Assembly (NCBI GenBank): GCA_965637545.1
Contig: OZ281495.1
Location: forward strand, 29,512,001 to 29,576,000
Length of the DNA stretch: 64,000 nt
Origin: Phallusia mammillata
Taxonomy: Eukaryota
Direction of reading: 5' to 3'
The notes under the pieces were generated by a model. It was not told where the DNA came from. It saw only the letters and a program-made list of their open reading frames with translations, and searched no databases. Positions 1 to 12,689 of this stretch are shown piece by piece. A program made the position numbers and the translations under genes. Position 1 is the first letter of the stretch, and the number at the start of each line of letters is the position of its first letter.

Positions 1-1327
1 AAACTTCCCTATAAATTCGTTTACCTCTGTCCCGTTAAGCATTTTGGCTCTTTGAATGTCTTCTTCGTCCAGTATAGTTTCAACATCGTGTTTTCTGATG
101 GACTGCATCACTCTTTTAACCAGTATTTGGGGAATGTTTCCATGGTGCACCAAAGAAAGCATACATATTGCCTGCCAGTGACATTTATCTTGCTCATTTT
201 GGCTTTCTTGGTCGTTCTGACTATTTTGTTCAGGGTTTAATTGACTTAAAATTGTTTGATATAGAAGCTTCTTTTGTCCAGATTTAGTTTTCTCATGTTG
301 CAGAAACATATAAGGGTCTATTTCCAAAAAGCTCAAAGGCTTTTTTGCCATTTTAACTGCACACAATCCCAATGGAAATCCACTTAACTTTTTTACGATT
401 TGTTTGGCAGCAGTTCGGTCGTTCTCTGTCCAAGTTTCATTAACTCCAAGAAAGTGAAGTCCTTCTTTGACTGTAAACCCTTCAATCTTTTCTGTGTGAA
501 AAGCACCAGATTTTGTTTGGGTGCAGGTAGCCTTGTTGTTCGATGTGATGTAGACGTGAATCATGTTTTCACGGTCACTGATATCGCCAATGCTCCTCAA
601 AAAATCTTCTAAGAATTTATCATCAGATGGATCTTCTATGATGATAAGAATTGGACAATTGCTCGAAGCCAAGACATCTACAAACTCCTGGCAATTTCCT
701 TGCTTCATACTAGTTGTTGCAGACTTGATTAACCCATCAGAACTATTCAACAGATTAGATGCCACCATCAGATCAATAAGCTTAGCTAACTGCTTCTTAA
801 TGTCGTGCATCTTGTCGCTACACTCAATATGCCATTTGACGAATAACTTTTCCTGGTTGTAAGGAAAATTTTCTCCAAGCTTTAGCACGATCTCGGACTT
901 TCCTGAACCTGCCATCCCGTAAAGGTGCAGCACTGAGACCCTCTTGTCCTGCTGAAGTTTTTTCACTTTTAAATAAACCTCAGTCTCCACAAAATGGGCT
1001 GTGGCTCGGGCGACATTTTTAATCGAGGTCGGTTTGATCTCTTCTCCTGTTAAAAAAATAAATAATTTGTGATCGCCTGTACACGATAATACAAAATTTC
1101 CCAAATATCTCAGACGGTTTAATGGCACATTTAAGTGTTGTGTAGTTATTGGTTGTCCGACTGGTTTGAATGTTTGTTGTATATTTGCTATAAATGAAAA
1201 TTATGTTTTTTTACCAACAAGAACTCTTACCTGTCTTATTGCTGCTTAACCAAGTATGCTCTCCTCCTAGCACCAAATTACCAACAGATTCAGTAATGTT
1301 ACAGCCGAAATTTTGTCTGGAATCCAT
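1..1327 (-). CDS. NLR-like NB-ARC-TPR protein, copy A (5' part; runs off the window start)
   Basis: Exon 1 1327-1231 encodes MDSRQNFGCNITESVGNLVLGGEHTWLSSNKT with donor G|GTAAGA. Exon 2 starts at 1046 (ttttaacag|GA) and I translated it open to base 1: Walker A GMAGSGKS, Walker B ILIIIEDP, YITSNN, GFPLGL. It is absent from the ORF track because it has no stop inside the window. Confidence 0.9.
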
Positions 1328-3289
1328 TTAAACCATCTTTTGTTAAAACAAAAACCACTTAGGATCTGTTGACACGCCACATATATCGTTCATTGCTTTA
1401 GCAGTCTGAGTTAATTTTAACAATATTGGCAGTCAGATTTGGTGCATTATTTCCTTGACACTGTTCAAACTATTGTTAGCAGCCTTGTGTACTCACTGGT
1501 TTCAACAAAATAAAGTTTGCAAATGAAAAGAGGAACTTCCTTGCAAATCTACACCTCTTATCCTAAGACACTGAAAAAATCTACACTTCTTATGTACAAT
1601 AACACTGAAATACTGTACATATAGTTCAATGGCAAGAACTCTACTCAAAATATTCAAGAACGTAACAAGAACAGAGACTTTGAACGTTTCTCTTTCTCCT
1701 GTAACTATATTTAACTAAGCAGAGTCAAAGAGTCGTAAAACAACGTGTTAGGTAATGCGATCCGAATTGTTAATAAGTGGCAAAGAGTAAACAAAACCTA
1801 CAGGTGCGTTGTTTTGTATGTTAGTGTGTAAGTACAATGAGAGTTGTTCTTGTTTAACTGTTGAAATTAGAAAGTCACAAACATGCTCATTGTGCATTGT
1901 GGCGACATAATGTGCATTTTTGCATATGTTTTGAAAGAAAGCATACAGGATGTGCTCTGCAGAAGCTAATCCACACTTTGACAAGCTGTGTGCAGCACAG
2001 TTTTAAACTACAAACTTACAAACACTCCTGAGTTAAACACGTTTTAATTTATTTAGTAACCGAAAGAAAAACAAATGGGGTCGCATGCAAAAAGCAAAAC
2101 CATTGAAGAACGCTTTTCAAGAATTTGAAACGGCTCTTTAAAAAAGTATGTCCGGCAAGTACAGAAACAATGATATATTTTTGCATTTCCTGCACGGAAT
2201 AAATGCCAACAAATAGTCAATTTAAGTACCCTGGAAACATACAAACAAAACAGAACATATCTACACTCTACTGTGGATTTTTACATGTAACCTATACCCA
2301 TCTTCTATTATTCTGCTTACCTTAATCATTATGATGTAAGGCAGGTGTTGTAATTCTCTCTCTATTCCATGGTTCTTGGAGCTTTTCGCCCCTTTAGGCC
2401 AATTAATCTGATCTGAAATACAATAAAGTGAGTTAATTTTGACTATTTTGTTCAGAACATAGTTGACTTGTTTGCACGTTTTTTAATGATTTAGTTTAGG
2501 TACGAATTCCACTTAATGGTTTCTTTAAATGTCAATCAAACAGTTTGACATTAACCATCACATGATTCTGTTAGTGTTCCAGCTGGTGTTTTTAAATCAA
2601 TCCAAAGCCTACGCGGAGAAAACACGTGTTAGAGAAAGCCAAATACACGTTGGAGGTGGTTTTATTTGGCCTTATTAAATCCAGCACTTTAATTGAATAA
2701 AGAAATCAGTTAACTTTAGTTCAACCGGAATATTCATTTACCCAATGCCGGATACATACAGTTTGAATGCATTATGCAAAAACTGAATTTGCAATTAAAC
2801 GGAGCGATTGACCACAATTATAAGAATAATGTCGTTGCTGGAAGGGTGCAAGAGAAGTGAATCAGTAAGGTTAGGGAATATTAAACACTTTCCGCTGACA
2901 CAGGTGGGGTGCAAGTACGGGCTAAATATTTCGTAGGGGAGTTTCAGGAAAGTAAAAAGTCAATAATCATTGTTTTACTATTTCAAACGTATAAACATGT
3001 TGCCACAAAAAAAATACGTGACACCAAGTATTGATAACAATTCAAAAAACATCCGTTATATTAAAATAAAGTAGTTTCCTAACGTCAACTTCTACCAAGT
3101 GCAAAAGCAGTTTTGGCATTTGAGACAAGATCAAATCTAGACAAGCACGTCATAGTGAAGAATACCGTAGGCTTTATGTAACTAATTGACTCAAGCCATG
3201 CACAATTCTTAAGGTGTCAACGAGTAAGTCAAAACAAAACATTTGCTGTCTAGACGGCAGACTTGGACAACTAGATTTTTTTTCGGTTT

Positions 3290-3420
3290 TTTAAATTAGA
3301 TTAGAATTAGAGCATTTCAGATTTTTCAAATTAGATTAAAATTAGAATTAGAGTATTTCAGATTTTTCAAATCAGATGAGAATTAGAATTACCATTTTCT
3401 CAAAAGCTAGAATTAGATTT
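3290..3420. repeat. Minisatellite, ~3 degenerate copies of a ~35-41 bp unit (aaattagattagaattagagcatttcagatttttc)
   Basis: Visible tandem repetition of attagaattag / catttcagatttttcaaa. Confidence 0.7.
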
Positions 3421-5248
3421 GGACCATCCAACTTAAGTTTTGCACATTTTACACTATATCAGAGCTAATGTTGCCGTTATATCAAGTAGTTCTCGAGCAG
3501 CATTACTTTAAAAATTGTCCATTATTTTGATCTGAGATTTTTCGTGAGGGTCCACTTTTTTGACATGGCGGACAATTGCAATCGTATGGGCCTTCAGCGA
3601 TTGACGCAGATATCTTAGTTTTTCACATCCCTGTATTTCCTGTCTTTAAACAAATACATAGCATATTGGTTTATATAATCTGTTGATGTTAGTTAGTGAA
3701 CTTTAATGCAAAACTTATTTTAACCGACAGACAAACTAAATTGCTTTTATTTTAAGACCGCATTTTGCCGCAGCCCATGTGGTAGTGAATCGTACTGTTA
3801 GTCACAGTTCAAAGTGTAACTGAAAAACGTATTTCAGTGATGAGGTTTGGTCTCGTTGGTTATGTGGCTTTGTGCGTTTTTTTTTTCACGAAACAAATGC
3901 TCGTATCACATGCCTATAAAAATGTTGTTGGACGGCTTGTTTTTTACTGATAACTGCCTGATTTTCTGGGTAGTTTATATTTTCCATCACTTGATACACA
4001 ATATGCGTTTTTATGAGTTTGTTATAGTACTGGGGCTTTTGGGTTTTTTTCTCTTTACCAAATTAATTAAGGTTCCCTGAGGTCTTTTTCAGCGGTCGTT
4101 GTTTGCTTCCCTTCGTTTTTAAACCCGCTCCACCCATATTGCCCGCAATCTTCTCTTTTTTCTTCTCATTACAGAGCAAGACTCCAATTTTCTCAGGTCT
4201 TATTTTTTGCTGCCATAAGTACAGCTGCTTATTTTCGTTACTCCTTTGCAACAGTTACTGTGTCCTGTGTTTTTGTACCACAATATCCGTAATGTAAATA
4301 AGTTTGTTGCATCACTGCGCTCGTAAACAAACTTAATACAATTAAATCTGGTCCACAAATAAACAAAGGTTATATTAAATGCATAGTTTCTCCTACGTAT
4401 GTTGGTTTAGCTTGGTCCCAGGGATTCTGTTTCATGTCTGATTTAGTCTATACGCTTTGGTCAAGCCCATGTGTGTTTTACTGGTCAGTTACCATGCCCC
4501 ACAGGTTTCTTGCTCAGAAAATACAAGTGATGGAGACAGTAGTAACAGTGCTTAAGTCATTCGTATATATTTTATTAGCTGCTTACATCATGCGCATCAT
4601 CCACCACACATATATCAACAGTAAAATGAATCAGGTATTGATTAGTGCATGGGTTGGCAACCCCGTGTCAAGCGAGGTGGTTTTTCATTGCATGTCAAGT
4701 GTATTTCGAAATTATATTTCAGTACAGTTTGATACATTTAAATCTATTACATCGTTTGCTTTTTAGTTCGTTACGATTTAATGCAACATATACTTACACG
4801 AGTCCGCGTGAACTTTAAAACAGCTTGCACAAAACATCAATCACACATAGCAGGTAAATTGGCAGGCGGCGTTTCAAAGATTGCCAGGTTTAGTGTGTAC
4901 AGCCTTGTTTGTCATGTGATGAGTTAAGCAAACAAACACGAGAACAAAAGTAAATCAGTCAAATAAAACTGGAGGCAAAGTACAAAGTATTTGCATGCAT
5001 GTTGTACAGGTTCACAAACAAAACTGAAGCAAACATCAGGTGACAGCTTGATCGCAGTAAAACCTTTCTCTAGATCAATAACATTTGGCACAACAAAGTA
5101 CTTTTGACAAAAGACAACTCATTTCGAAACGCACCGCATGCATTTGTATCAAATCAAGAACGAAACGATACAGAATAAAATACAGCATTGAATAATTAAT
5201 ACAAATATTTGTACATTGAGTAATAACAAGTAAAAACCTGCCAATTCG

Positions 5249-8152
5249 TTACCGAGAGTTTGACCTAATCATTTGATTCAAAGCTTCAAGAGATCTTTCA
5301 AGATGATTTTGAAGATCGTTTGAGATATACTCTTGCATTTTCAAAGCTTGTTCACAAAGTGCTTTGCTTTTTGCAGCACGATCCTCTATGTCACCATACA
5401 CCACTGCCCTTGCGTGGTTGTAACATGCCCACGGAAACGCCATTGCAGCCTCGGCCGTACTAAGAATGCCCTCGCATTGCAAAGCCTCATCGAAATGCTT
5501 TACGGCTTTGGCGTAATCGCCTCTGGACGCCCAGTATTTGCCGCAGTACACAATGCATCTGATAGAGATTTTCCATTCCTTCCATTGCATAGCTTTGTCA
5601 TACAAATCCTGGCACTGTCGGTCTGCTTCTGCGCCATCAAAGTTCTCGTTTAGGCCCAGAGCAATTAGCTTTATGTTGATTCGAGTGATCTGACGTTGGT
5701 GCCTCAAGTAGTCAAATTCTTGGGTGCTGATTTGTTTGCAGATACCGTGCTCATAAAAATGTGTTTCTTTAATTCTGTCTTCCATGTTATTTTCGTGGAT
5801 AAACCTTTTGATTTCCAAAACGGTGTTTTGCTTCTGGCTGCCCTGAAAAAGTTTTAGTGCTGTCAACTTCACTCGTACAGACCCGCGAGCAGATAGAACT
5901 AAGAAGAGTGGAGCTACTTCAAATCGTGTGTAAACTTCCTCTGAAATCGCCACCGCCAAAGTCGCGTAGTCTTTGCATTTTTGTCCAATAGCTTGAGTGA
6001 TATTTCCTCGATAACTTTTGATTAAAAGACTCATCGTGTGCAAGACAGATGCAATTCGCTCAGCAATCAAAGATTTAAACAACTTTTCTTTTTTCATGAA
6101 AAGGTGAACATCCATTTCTCTGAACTCTCGTAGCTTTGCAGGGTTAAGAGGCTGACTGGCCTCTAAAACTGTTTTGAGATAATTTTTAACCTCCCTGTTT
6201 GATTTTTGCCCATAGAAATCAACTTCTTTTGTCCTCGGTTGCAAAACAATGGAGATATATCTTTCAATATCAAAATCGGTCGACATAAGTATTCTTCCGG
6301 CTTCTGCACAATGATCAACAATCAGTTTTGCCTTCGTTTGTGTTCCATCTCTCAGGAAAGTTGCCACAGGACTGTAGAAAATGTCTTCACCCTTTAGTTC
6401 TTCAAGAATGGTTAACCATATTTGCACAGATGACTCGAGATGCTTCTCTGCTTCGATTACGTGGCTGGATTGCTTGCCAAGGGCTGATCCAAGAACTTCA
6501 TGCAGATGGGCACAGCAGAATTGAATCAGTCGAGTATTTTCACCATGGTAGGATAAAACCGATGGATCTTCTTCTTTGCACTCCCTTACATTGTCGAGTA
6601 TTGCTTGCAAATGAGGTATCATGTCAATTATGAATTCATGGTTTTTGGTAAGCCTTAAATCCTTGTGCACGATGGCTGCTATGCAAGTGACCATAGATCT
6701 CTTTGTAGTTTGTAGAAGCTCTTTTTGCTGGTGTAAGTGCCATTTCACAGCTCCAAAAACAACAGCGTGAAACGTAATTATTTCCTTATTTCGGTCTGTA
6801 GTTTCCTTTTTGCAAAAACCGTAGTCGCTGAGTTTCTCGATGAAATCATTTGCCTCTGTTTCGTTAAGAATTTGAGCTTTTTGGATGTCCTTCTCGTCCA
6901 GGATAGTTTCCACATTCTGTTTCCTGATCGACTGCATCACTCTTTCTACCAACATCTTTGGAATGTTTCCATGGTGCACCAAAGAAAGCATGCAGATTGC
7001 CTGCCAATGACATTTATCTTGATCAGTTTGGCTTTCTAATTCATTTATATTCTTGTGCTCAGGATTTAGTCGATAAAGAATTGTTAAATAGAGAAGTTTC
7101 TTGTTCCCCAGTTTCTTTTTTTCTCGTTCCAGCAGCATGTGAGGATCTGTTTCTAAGTACTCGTTGTACTGTGTGTAGGTCAATGGTTTTCTTGCCACTT
7201 TTACTGCACACAATCCCAATGGAAATCCACTAATCTTTTCAATAATTTGTTTGGCAGCACTTCGTTCTTTTTCCTCCAAAGTTTCATCCACCCCAAGAAA
7301 GTTAAGACCTTCTTGGACCGTAAACCCTTCAATTTTTTCGGTGTGAAAAACACCAGATTCTGTTTCGATGCAGGTAGCCTTGTTGTTCGATGTGACGTAG
7401 ACGTGAATCTTGTTTTCATTTCCACTGATACTGCCAATGCTTTTCAGAAAATCATGTAACAAATCCTTATCATATGGATTCTCGATAATGATCAGAATTG
7501 GACAATTGCTCAAAGCTAAAACATCTGCATATTCTTGGCAGTTTCCCTGCTTCATGCTGTAAGTAGCAGATCCAATCGACGCATTAGGATGATGCAAGAA
7601 GCCCTTTGCTGCCATCGATTCCATAAGCTTTGTAAGCTGTTCCTTAATATCGTGCTTCTTGCCGCTACACTGAATGTGCCATTTGACAAACAGAGTTTCG
7701 TCGCTGTAAGGAAATTTTTCTCCAAGCTTTAGCACGATTTCGGACTTTCCTGAACCTCCCATGCCCTCAAGTTGCAGGACAGCGACCGACTTGTTTTGCT
7801 GAAGATTTTGTAATTTTAGATAAACCTCAGTTTCCACGAAATGGGCTGTGGCTCGGGCGACATTTTTAATCGAAGTCGGTTGGATGTTTATTCCTGTTTA
7901 AAAAAAAAACACTGTCACAACTAATCCATTATTACTACTATTTCGATTTTGTTTTTGGCCCAGCAAAATGTTGTCACGTTATAATTAACTTAGGTGCTTT
8001 TGGTATATTTTGTAACAAAAAAAAATTAAATTGCTTCAACAACGGATAATCTTACCTGTCATGTCGCTGCTAGCTTCACTGTTTGAAACAATCGCCACAT
8101 TGCCAACTGATCCAGTAATGTTAAAGTTTGTAACATTTGCAGCGGAATCCAT
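5249..8152 (-). CDS. NLR-like NB-ARC-TPR protein, copy B (913 aa; most divergent paralog)
   Basis: Exon 1 8152-8056 (MDSAANVTNFNITGSVGNVAIVSNSEASSDMT, donor G|GTAAGA) joins exon 2 7893-5249 (ttttaaacag|GA) in phase 1. Motifs: Walker A GMGGSGKS, Walker B LIIIENP, sensor-1-like YVTSN, GxP motif GFPLGL, MHD-like TFHAVV, and C-terminal TPR-like YCGKYWASRGDYAKAVKHFDEAL and ACYNHARAV. Confidence 0.9.
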
Positions 8153-9344
8153 TTAAAAGCACTGTTGTGACAAACACCAACTATGTAAGACCTGTCGATA
8201 ATTTACAAAAATCAATGCATTTAATGACCGTGGGTTTCTGCTTTCACTTCTTATGTTTTTACACCCACCAAAAACTAGCATTGAAAATCAAGCAACCAGG
8301 AGTGCAACGCAAAAACTGCAGGAGCCATGGCATAGAACCCTACTTAAATACTTCACGAGAAAAAAAGTCGTTTGCTGCAAAACAGTAAACATGATCCCCG
8401 TGTGCTCGCAGGCGGGCTCTAGATGTTTCGCAATCCTATGTTTAAATGGCAATAAAGTTTGTTTAGTCGGTACTGTCTGTTTGCCGATGCAGTGAAGTGG
8501 GTGTTAGTTGTTGTTCGTGCAAGGTTAACAGCTGAGCAATAAATTAGAATGCAAATTTAACGTATTTCGGAAACGTTGCGAAATATAAGCCTTCTTTTGA
8601 ACTCCATCAGTCACGTATTCAGGTAACACAAGCAACTGGTTTTCCTTAACTATTTTAGTTACGGCATGTTCAACATTGCGTGTGCTCAGAGTGCTTTCAA
8701 TGTTTCCAGTCAAAAATTTCGTACACTCAAATGCAACAAAACAATTTTATTCTCGCATATTACAGACCAGTATTTTTCAACTTACGTTTGTTTGATTTTT
8801 GAAAGTTTCATTAACAGACACATACACAACCAAAGTAGTAAGAAGGCAAGTATTTGGTTCATGTTAAAAAAAGTTGGGAACCATTGTTATAATAGACCAT
8901 TGTTTTCGAACCTTTTATCCCAGCAACACACAAGCCATTTTGACCACATCCAGAGGTCCATTTAAAAGCAGATAAAAAACACAAGTTGTTTTAAGCAATT
9001 CATTTGCATCTTTTTAATATGACGGGTGAGGTTGGTTTAGAATAACAAATAAGACAAGTCAGAGATACAGCGTTGTAATGTAACTTAAGTGCGCATTTTG
9101 CCACCAAACTCCAAAACACGAGAGGCCTCTATAAAATAGAATAGTTTGTGGACACTTGCCAATCTTTTACGACACACCAGTATATGCTGCCACTTATTAT
9201 TGGTTGAAAAACAAGAGAAAATGTCAGCGTGGAGAAGAAATAAAAAAAAAATTCGTCAGAAGTTTTGTGTGGGCTAGGGCAGCAAATGCAGTTTTATCAA
9301 AATTATTTTGCCGAGGCTTGCATGCAAGAGGAAAAGCCAAAGTC

Positions 9345-9935
9345 CTTTTAAAAGTGGTTTGAGTGTTTATGGTTCATCTATTAAGTTAGGCTTTTATTGT
9401 GATCGCTTTGTTGTCTGACGTTTGACCTAGTTTGTTTGTGAAACTCGAAACTTGGATGTAAATGATCTGTGTGGTAAATTTGTTTGTTTCTGTATTTGAT
9501 TTAGGTTTTCTGTCACCAAGCTTATGAAACTCATCATATGACAAACCAGACTTAGCATACAAATCGACGATATATCCACTTTTGTTTATTACTGTGAAAA
9601 AATTAAAATTTATGCATCTAATAATAAAAACCTATATCGCCGCAAAACTGTCTTTAAGAAACTGTTACAGAGTTCGGGAAATCGATTTAGTTACGTCGCT
9701 CAAAAGAATTACCACCAAGCCTAAAAAATTCAAATAAACTAACAGTACCTTTTCATTCATCTTTTTTCACTCCAGTTATAGACAGCCAATACACTTTTCG
9801 CGATTAAAAAATAAGATTAAGCTATGTGGGCAATAAGGGCCTGTAAGAAATGCTAGTTGCTTTCCAACCGTTTATACAATGAAACCAATATAATACCAGT
9901 TTAAAATATCTCAAAGATGTTTCATCTTATACTTA
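9345..9935 (+). repeat. Direct repeat 'X', copy 1 (copy 2 at ~12160-12680)
   Basis: Colinear shared blocks, e.g. gagtgttta.ggt.cat, aaactcgaaacttggatgtaaa, tcatcatatgacaaaccag, aaataaactaacagtac, ccgtttatacaatgaaaccaata. Confidence 0.85.
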
Positions 9936-10129
9936 CGTTGCAGATCAAAAAACCCTTAGGACAGTCCTCCAAACCAAGTACATCCGTGCAACCCATTTGG
10001 TATCTACATCCTACCTAGGTTTACCAACACAACAAACGGAATATGCAAAGTTTTGTAACCCTTCGCTGGAATGGTTGAAATCATGTACAAAACGATAAGA
10101 ACATTGCAAAAAGCGCTGTAGCCATAAAA

Positions 10130-11465
10130 ACACACACATTTCTTTGATCTGCGAAAGGATGAATCGGTGACAATCTTGAAAGCGGACAAAGGAAATTGCA
10201 CAGTGGTTATGGATAGGAAGCAATATGAACACAAGGCACAAGCACTTTTGGACGACAGCTCGGTATACCTACGATTGACAAAAAATCCACTCAAGGGCAT
10301 AGAAAGAGAATTAAACAAGTTCATTTGGAAACTACGCACGGAAAACTGTCTAACCGACCAAGAATACCGACACCTCAGAAGCACTGACGGACTGCTTCCA
10401 AAGTTTTACGGTTTGCCAAAGATTCATAAGGATAATATCCCTTTGCGACCCATTGTTTCTTTCGTAAACTCACCCACGTATAATTTATCAAAGTTTCTCG
10501 CCGCCATAATCTCGCCTATCGTGGGTCGTTCCGGTTACACAATTAAAAACTCTTTGGGCTTTTTAGACACTATTTCGAATTTTAATATAAAACCAAGCGA
10601 ATGCCAAGTTTCGTTTGATGTTGTCAGTTTGTTTACGTCCATACCTACCGATTTGGCACTCTCGATCACTCTGGACAAACTCAAACACGACACTACGCTA
10701 CACGAACGCACCGGGCTAGATCTTTCTCACATACAGACGGCTTTACAGATTTGCCTTAACGCAACAGTTTTTACTTACAGAGACACAATATACAAACAAA
10801 TCTTTGGTACACCCATGGGCTCTCCTATTTCAGCAATTCTTGCTAATCTCACTATGGAACACATAGAGCAGAAGGCACTTGCAACATTCCACACACCACC
10901 ACGTCTATGGCTTCGATACGTTGATGACACATACGTCATTATCGACAGAAACATGGTCCACACATTTCACACACACCCGAACACCATATCACCTACAATA
11001 GCTTTCACCATGGAAACCGAACAACACGATACCATTGCGTTTTTAGATGTGGCTGTTACCAGGCAGCCAGATCAAAAGCTCAGCACTGGCATATACAAGA
11101 AGCCCACGAACACTGACCGCTACCTACACTATACTTCTCACCATCCACGGCACCAAAAACTTACAGTCGCCAAAACGCTTTACAACAGAGCCACAACTCA
11201 CATCAAGGATACGGTTCTTCACAAACACGAATGAAAAAATATTGCACGCGTGTTAAAGAATAACGGTTTCCCGCAAAACTTACACTACTTGACCCATAAA
11301 ACAACCACCTCACAAAACAGACAGTTCAAATCATTCACATGCTTACCGTATGTCCAGGGTGTGTCGGAGCGCCTAAAACGAATCCTGAATGATGCTGGGG
11401 TAAAAGTGGCAATGAAACCTTTCAAAACTATTGGGCAATTACTACCAAAACCAAAAGATGCCACT
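10130..11465 (+). mobile_element. Truncated Penelope-like retroelement (PLE) reverse transcriptase fragment
   Basis: ORF 10167-11234 has PLE-type RT motifs: ILKADKGN, PKFYGLPKIHK, PLRPIVS, VSFDVVSLFT, GTPMGSPIS, WLRYVDD, FLDV, YKKPTNTDRYL, SHHP. After a frameshift near 11234 the thumb/linker continues (LPYVQGVSERLKRIL...PKPKD) and stops before the GIY-YIG endonuclease. Confidence 0.9.
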
Positions 11466-11469
11466 ATAC

Positions 11470-12155
11470 CACAATCCTGTATGAATCCTTTTGAGCATGT
11501 GCACAAATATTTATTAGGTCGCCACAACACACTATGAGCGTATTCGTGATTTTCCAAATTCAACAAAAAAACAAAACAAGAACAACTTTTTTTCACGGGG
11601 TTCGAACCCAGGACACAGCCGGAGAAGAATCCCCAACAGGTTTTTTTAGGTCTGTACATGGGTCAGGCGCGACAGACAAATCGGCCAAGTTCTTACACAC
11701 TGCGATACAGTACAGCGCCACCTATTAGGTCATGGAAGGGTTTTGTTTACTCTTTGCCACTTATTAACAACTCGGATCGCATTACCTAACTTGTTGTTTT
11801 ACGACTCTTTGCCTCTGCTTTGTTAAATTTAGGCTCAGGAGAAAGGAAACGTTTCCTGTTTCTGTGCTTGTTGTCTTCCATTGAGTTGAGTCCTTGTCGT
11901 TAAACTGCAGTTCTTCGGTGTTTTTCCCCTCTTAGTATGAGAGGTGTAGAAGATAAGAATAAGAGGTATAAGAGGTTGCAAGGTAGTTCCTCTATGCGTT
12001 TGTAGACTTTGTCGAAACCAGTGCGTACACAAGGCTGTTCGCAATAGTTTATGCAAGGTCTCCAAACACAAGCAGCCGAAGCAGATGCTGACTGCCACTA
12101 TTGTTGAAATTGACATAGACTTCTCAACTTTATTTTTGCAGAGGCTTTGCACGTT
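11470..12155 (+). promoter_or_regulatory. Orphan copy of the NLR upstream region 'P' (no exon follows)
   Basis: Shares blocks (gccacttattaacaactcggatcgcattacctaac, ttttacgactcttt, aggttgcaaggtagttcc) with 1328-2030 (- strand), 12690-13119 and 24380-24998, but breaks off shortly before the acceptor of the motif exon. Confidence 0.75.
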
Positions 12156-12159
12156 TTTA

Positions 12160-12680
12160 AGTGATTTGAGTGTTTACGGTCCATTTATTGTGATCGCTAT
12201 TGTCTGACATTTGCTCCAGTGTGTTTATTAAACTCGAAACTTGGATGTAAACGAACTGCTTTGTAAATTTGTTTGTTTCTGTATTTGATTTGGGCTTTCT
12301 GTCATCAAGCTCATCATATGACAAACCAGGCTTAGTAAAAACCTATATCGTTGCTAAACTGTCTTTAAGGTTGGTCCAAAACGTTACATTTTTGCAAACA
12401 ACTGTTACTGTAGAGTTAGGAAGTCGATTTAGTTAGGTCGATTCAAAAAATTACTACCAAGGCTACAAAGAATTCAAATAAACTAACAGTACTTTTTCAT
12501 TCACTTTCTTTTACTCAAGTGATAACCAGCCCATAATCTTTTCGCGAGTAACAAAAAGAACAGGATATGCATGCAATATAGATGTGCAAATAATGGTAGG
12601 TGCTTTCCAGTGCCGTTTATACAATGAAACCAATACAGTGCCCGTTTTAAATACCAAGAATATGTTTCATTTTATACTTG
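12160..12680 (+). repeat. Direct repeat 'X', copy 2
   Basis: Diverged colinear copy of 9345-9935, immediately upstream of the copy C promoter region. Confidence 0.85.
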
Positions 12681-12689
12681 CAAGGTTGT

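Noticed and set aside
52-862. Short + strand ORFs over copy A, and similar shadow ORFs over B, C and D
   Set aside because: They are antisense or off-frame shadows of the NB-ARC-TPR coding exon and recur only because the real gene is duplicated.
2000-5240. Search for an adjacent effector gene carrying a matching amyloid motif between copies A and B and elsewhere in the window
   Set aside because: Only short low-complexity ORFs and diverged 3' flank; no frame with a GNL/GNV-type motif or recognisable effector domain was found by eye.
11595-11615. GGGGTTCGAACCC, a tRNA B-box-like motif
   Set aside because: No A-box or cloverleaf; it lies in the orphan promoter copy. At most a SINE scrap.
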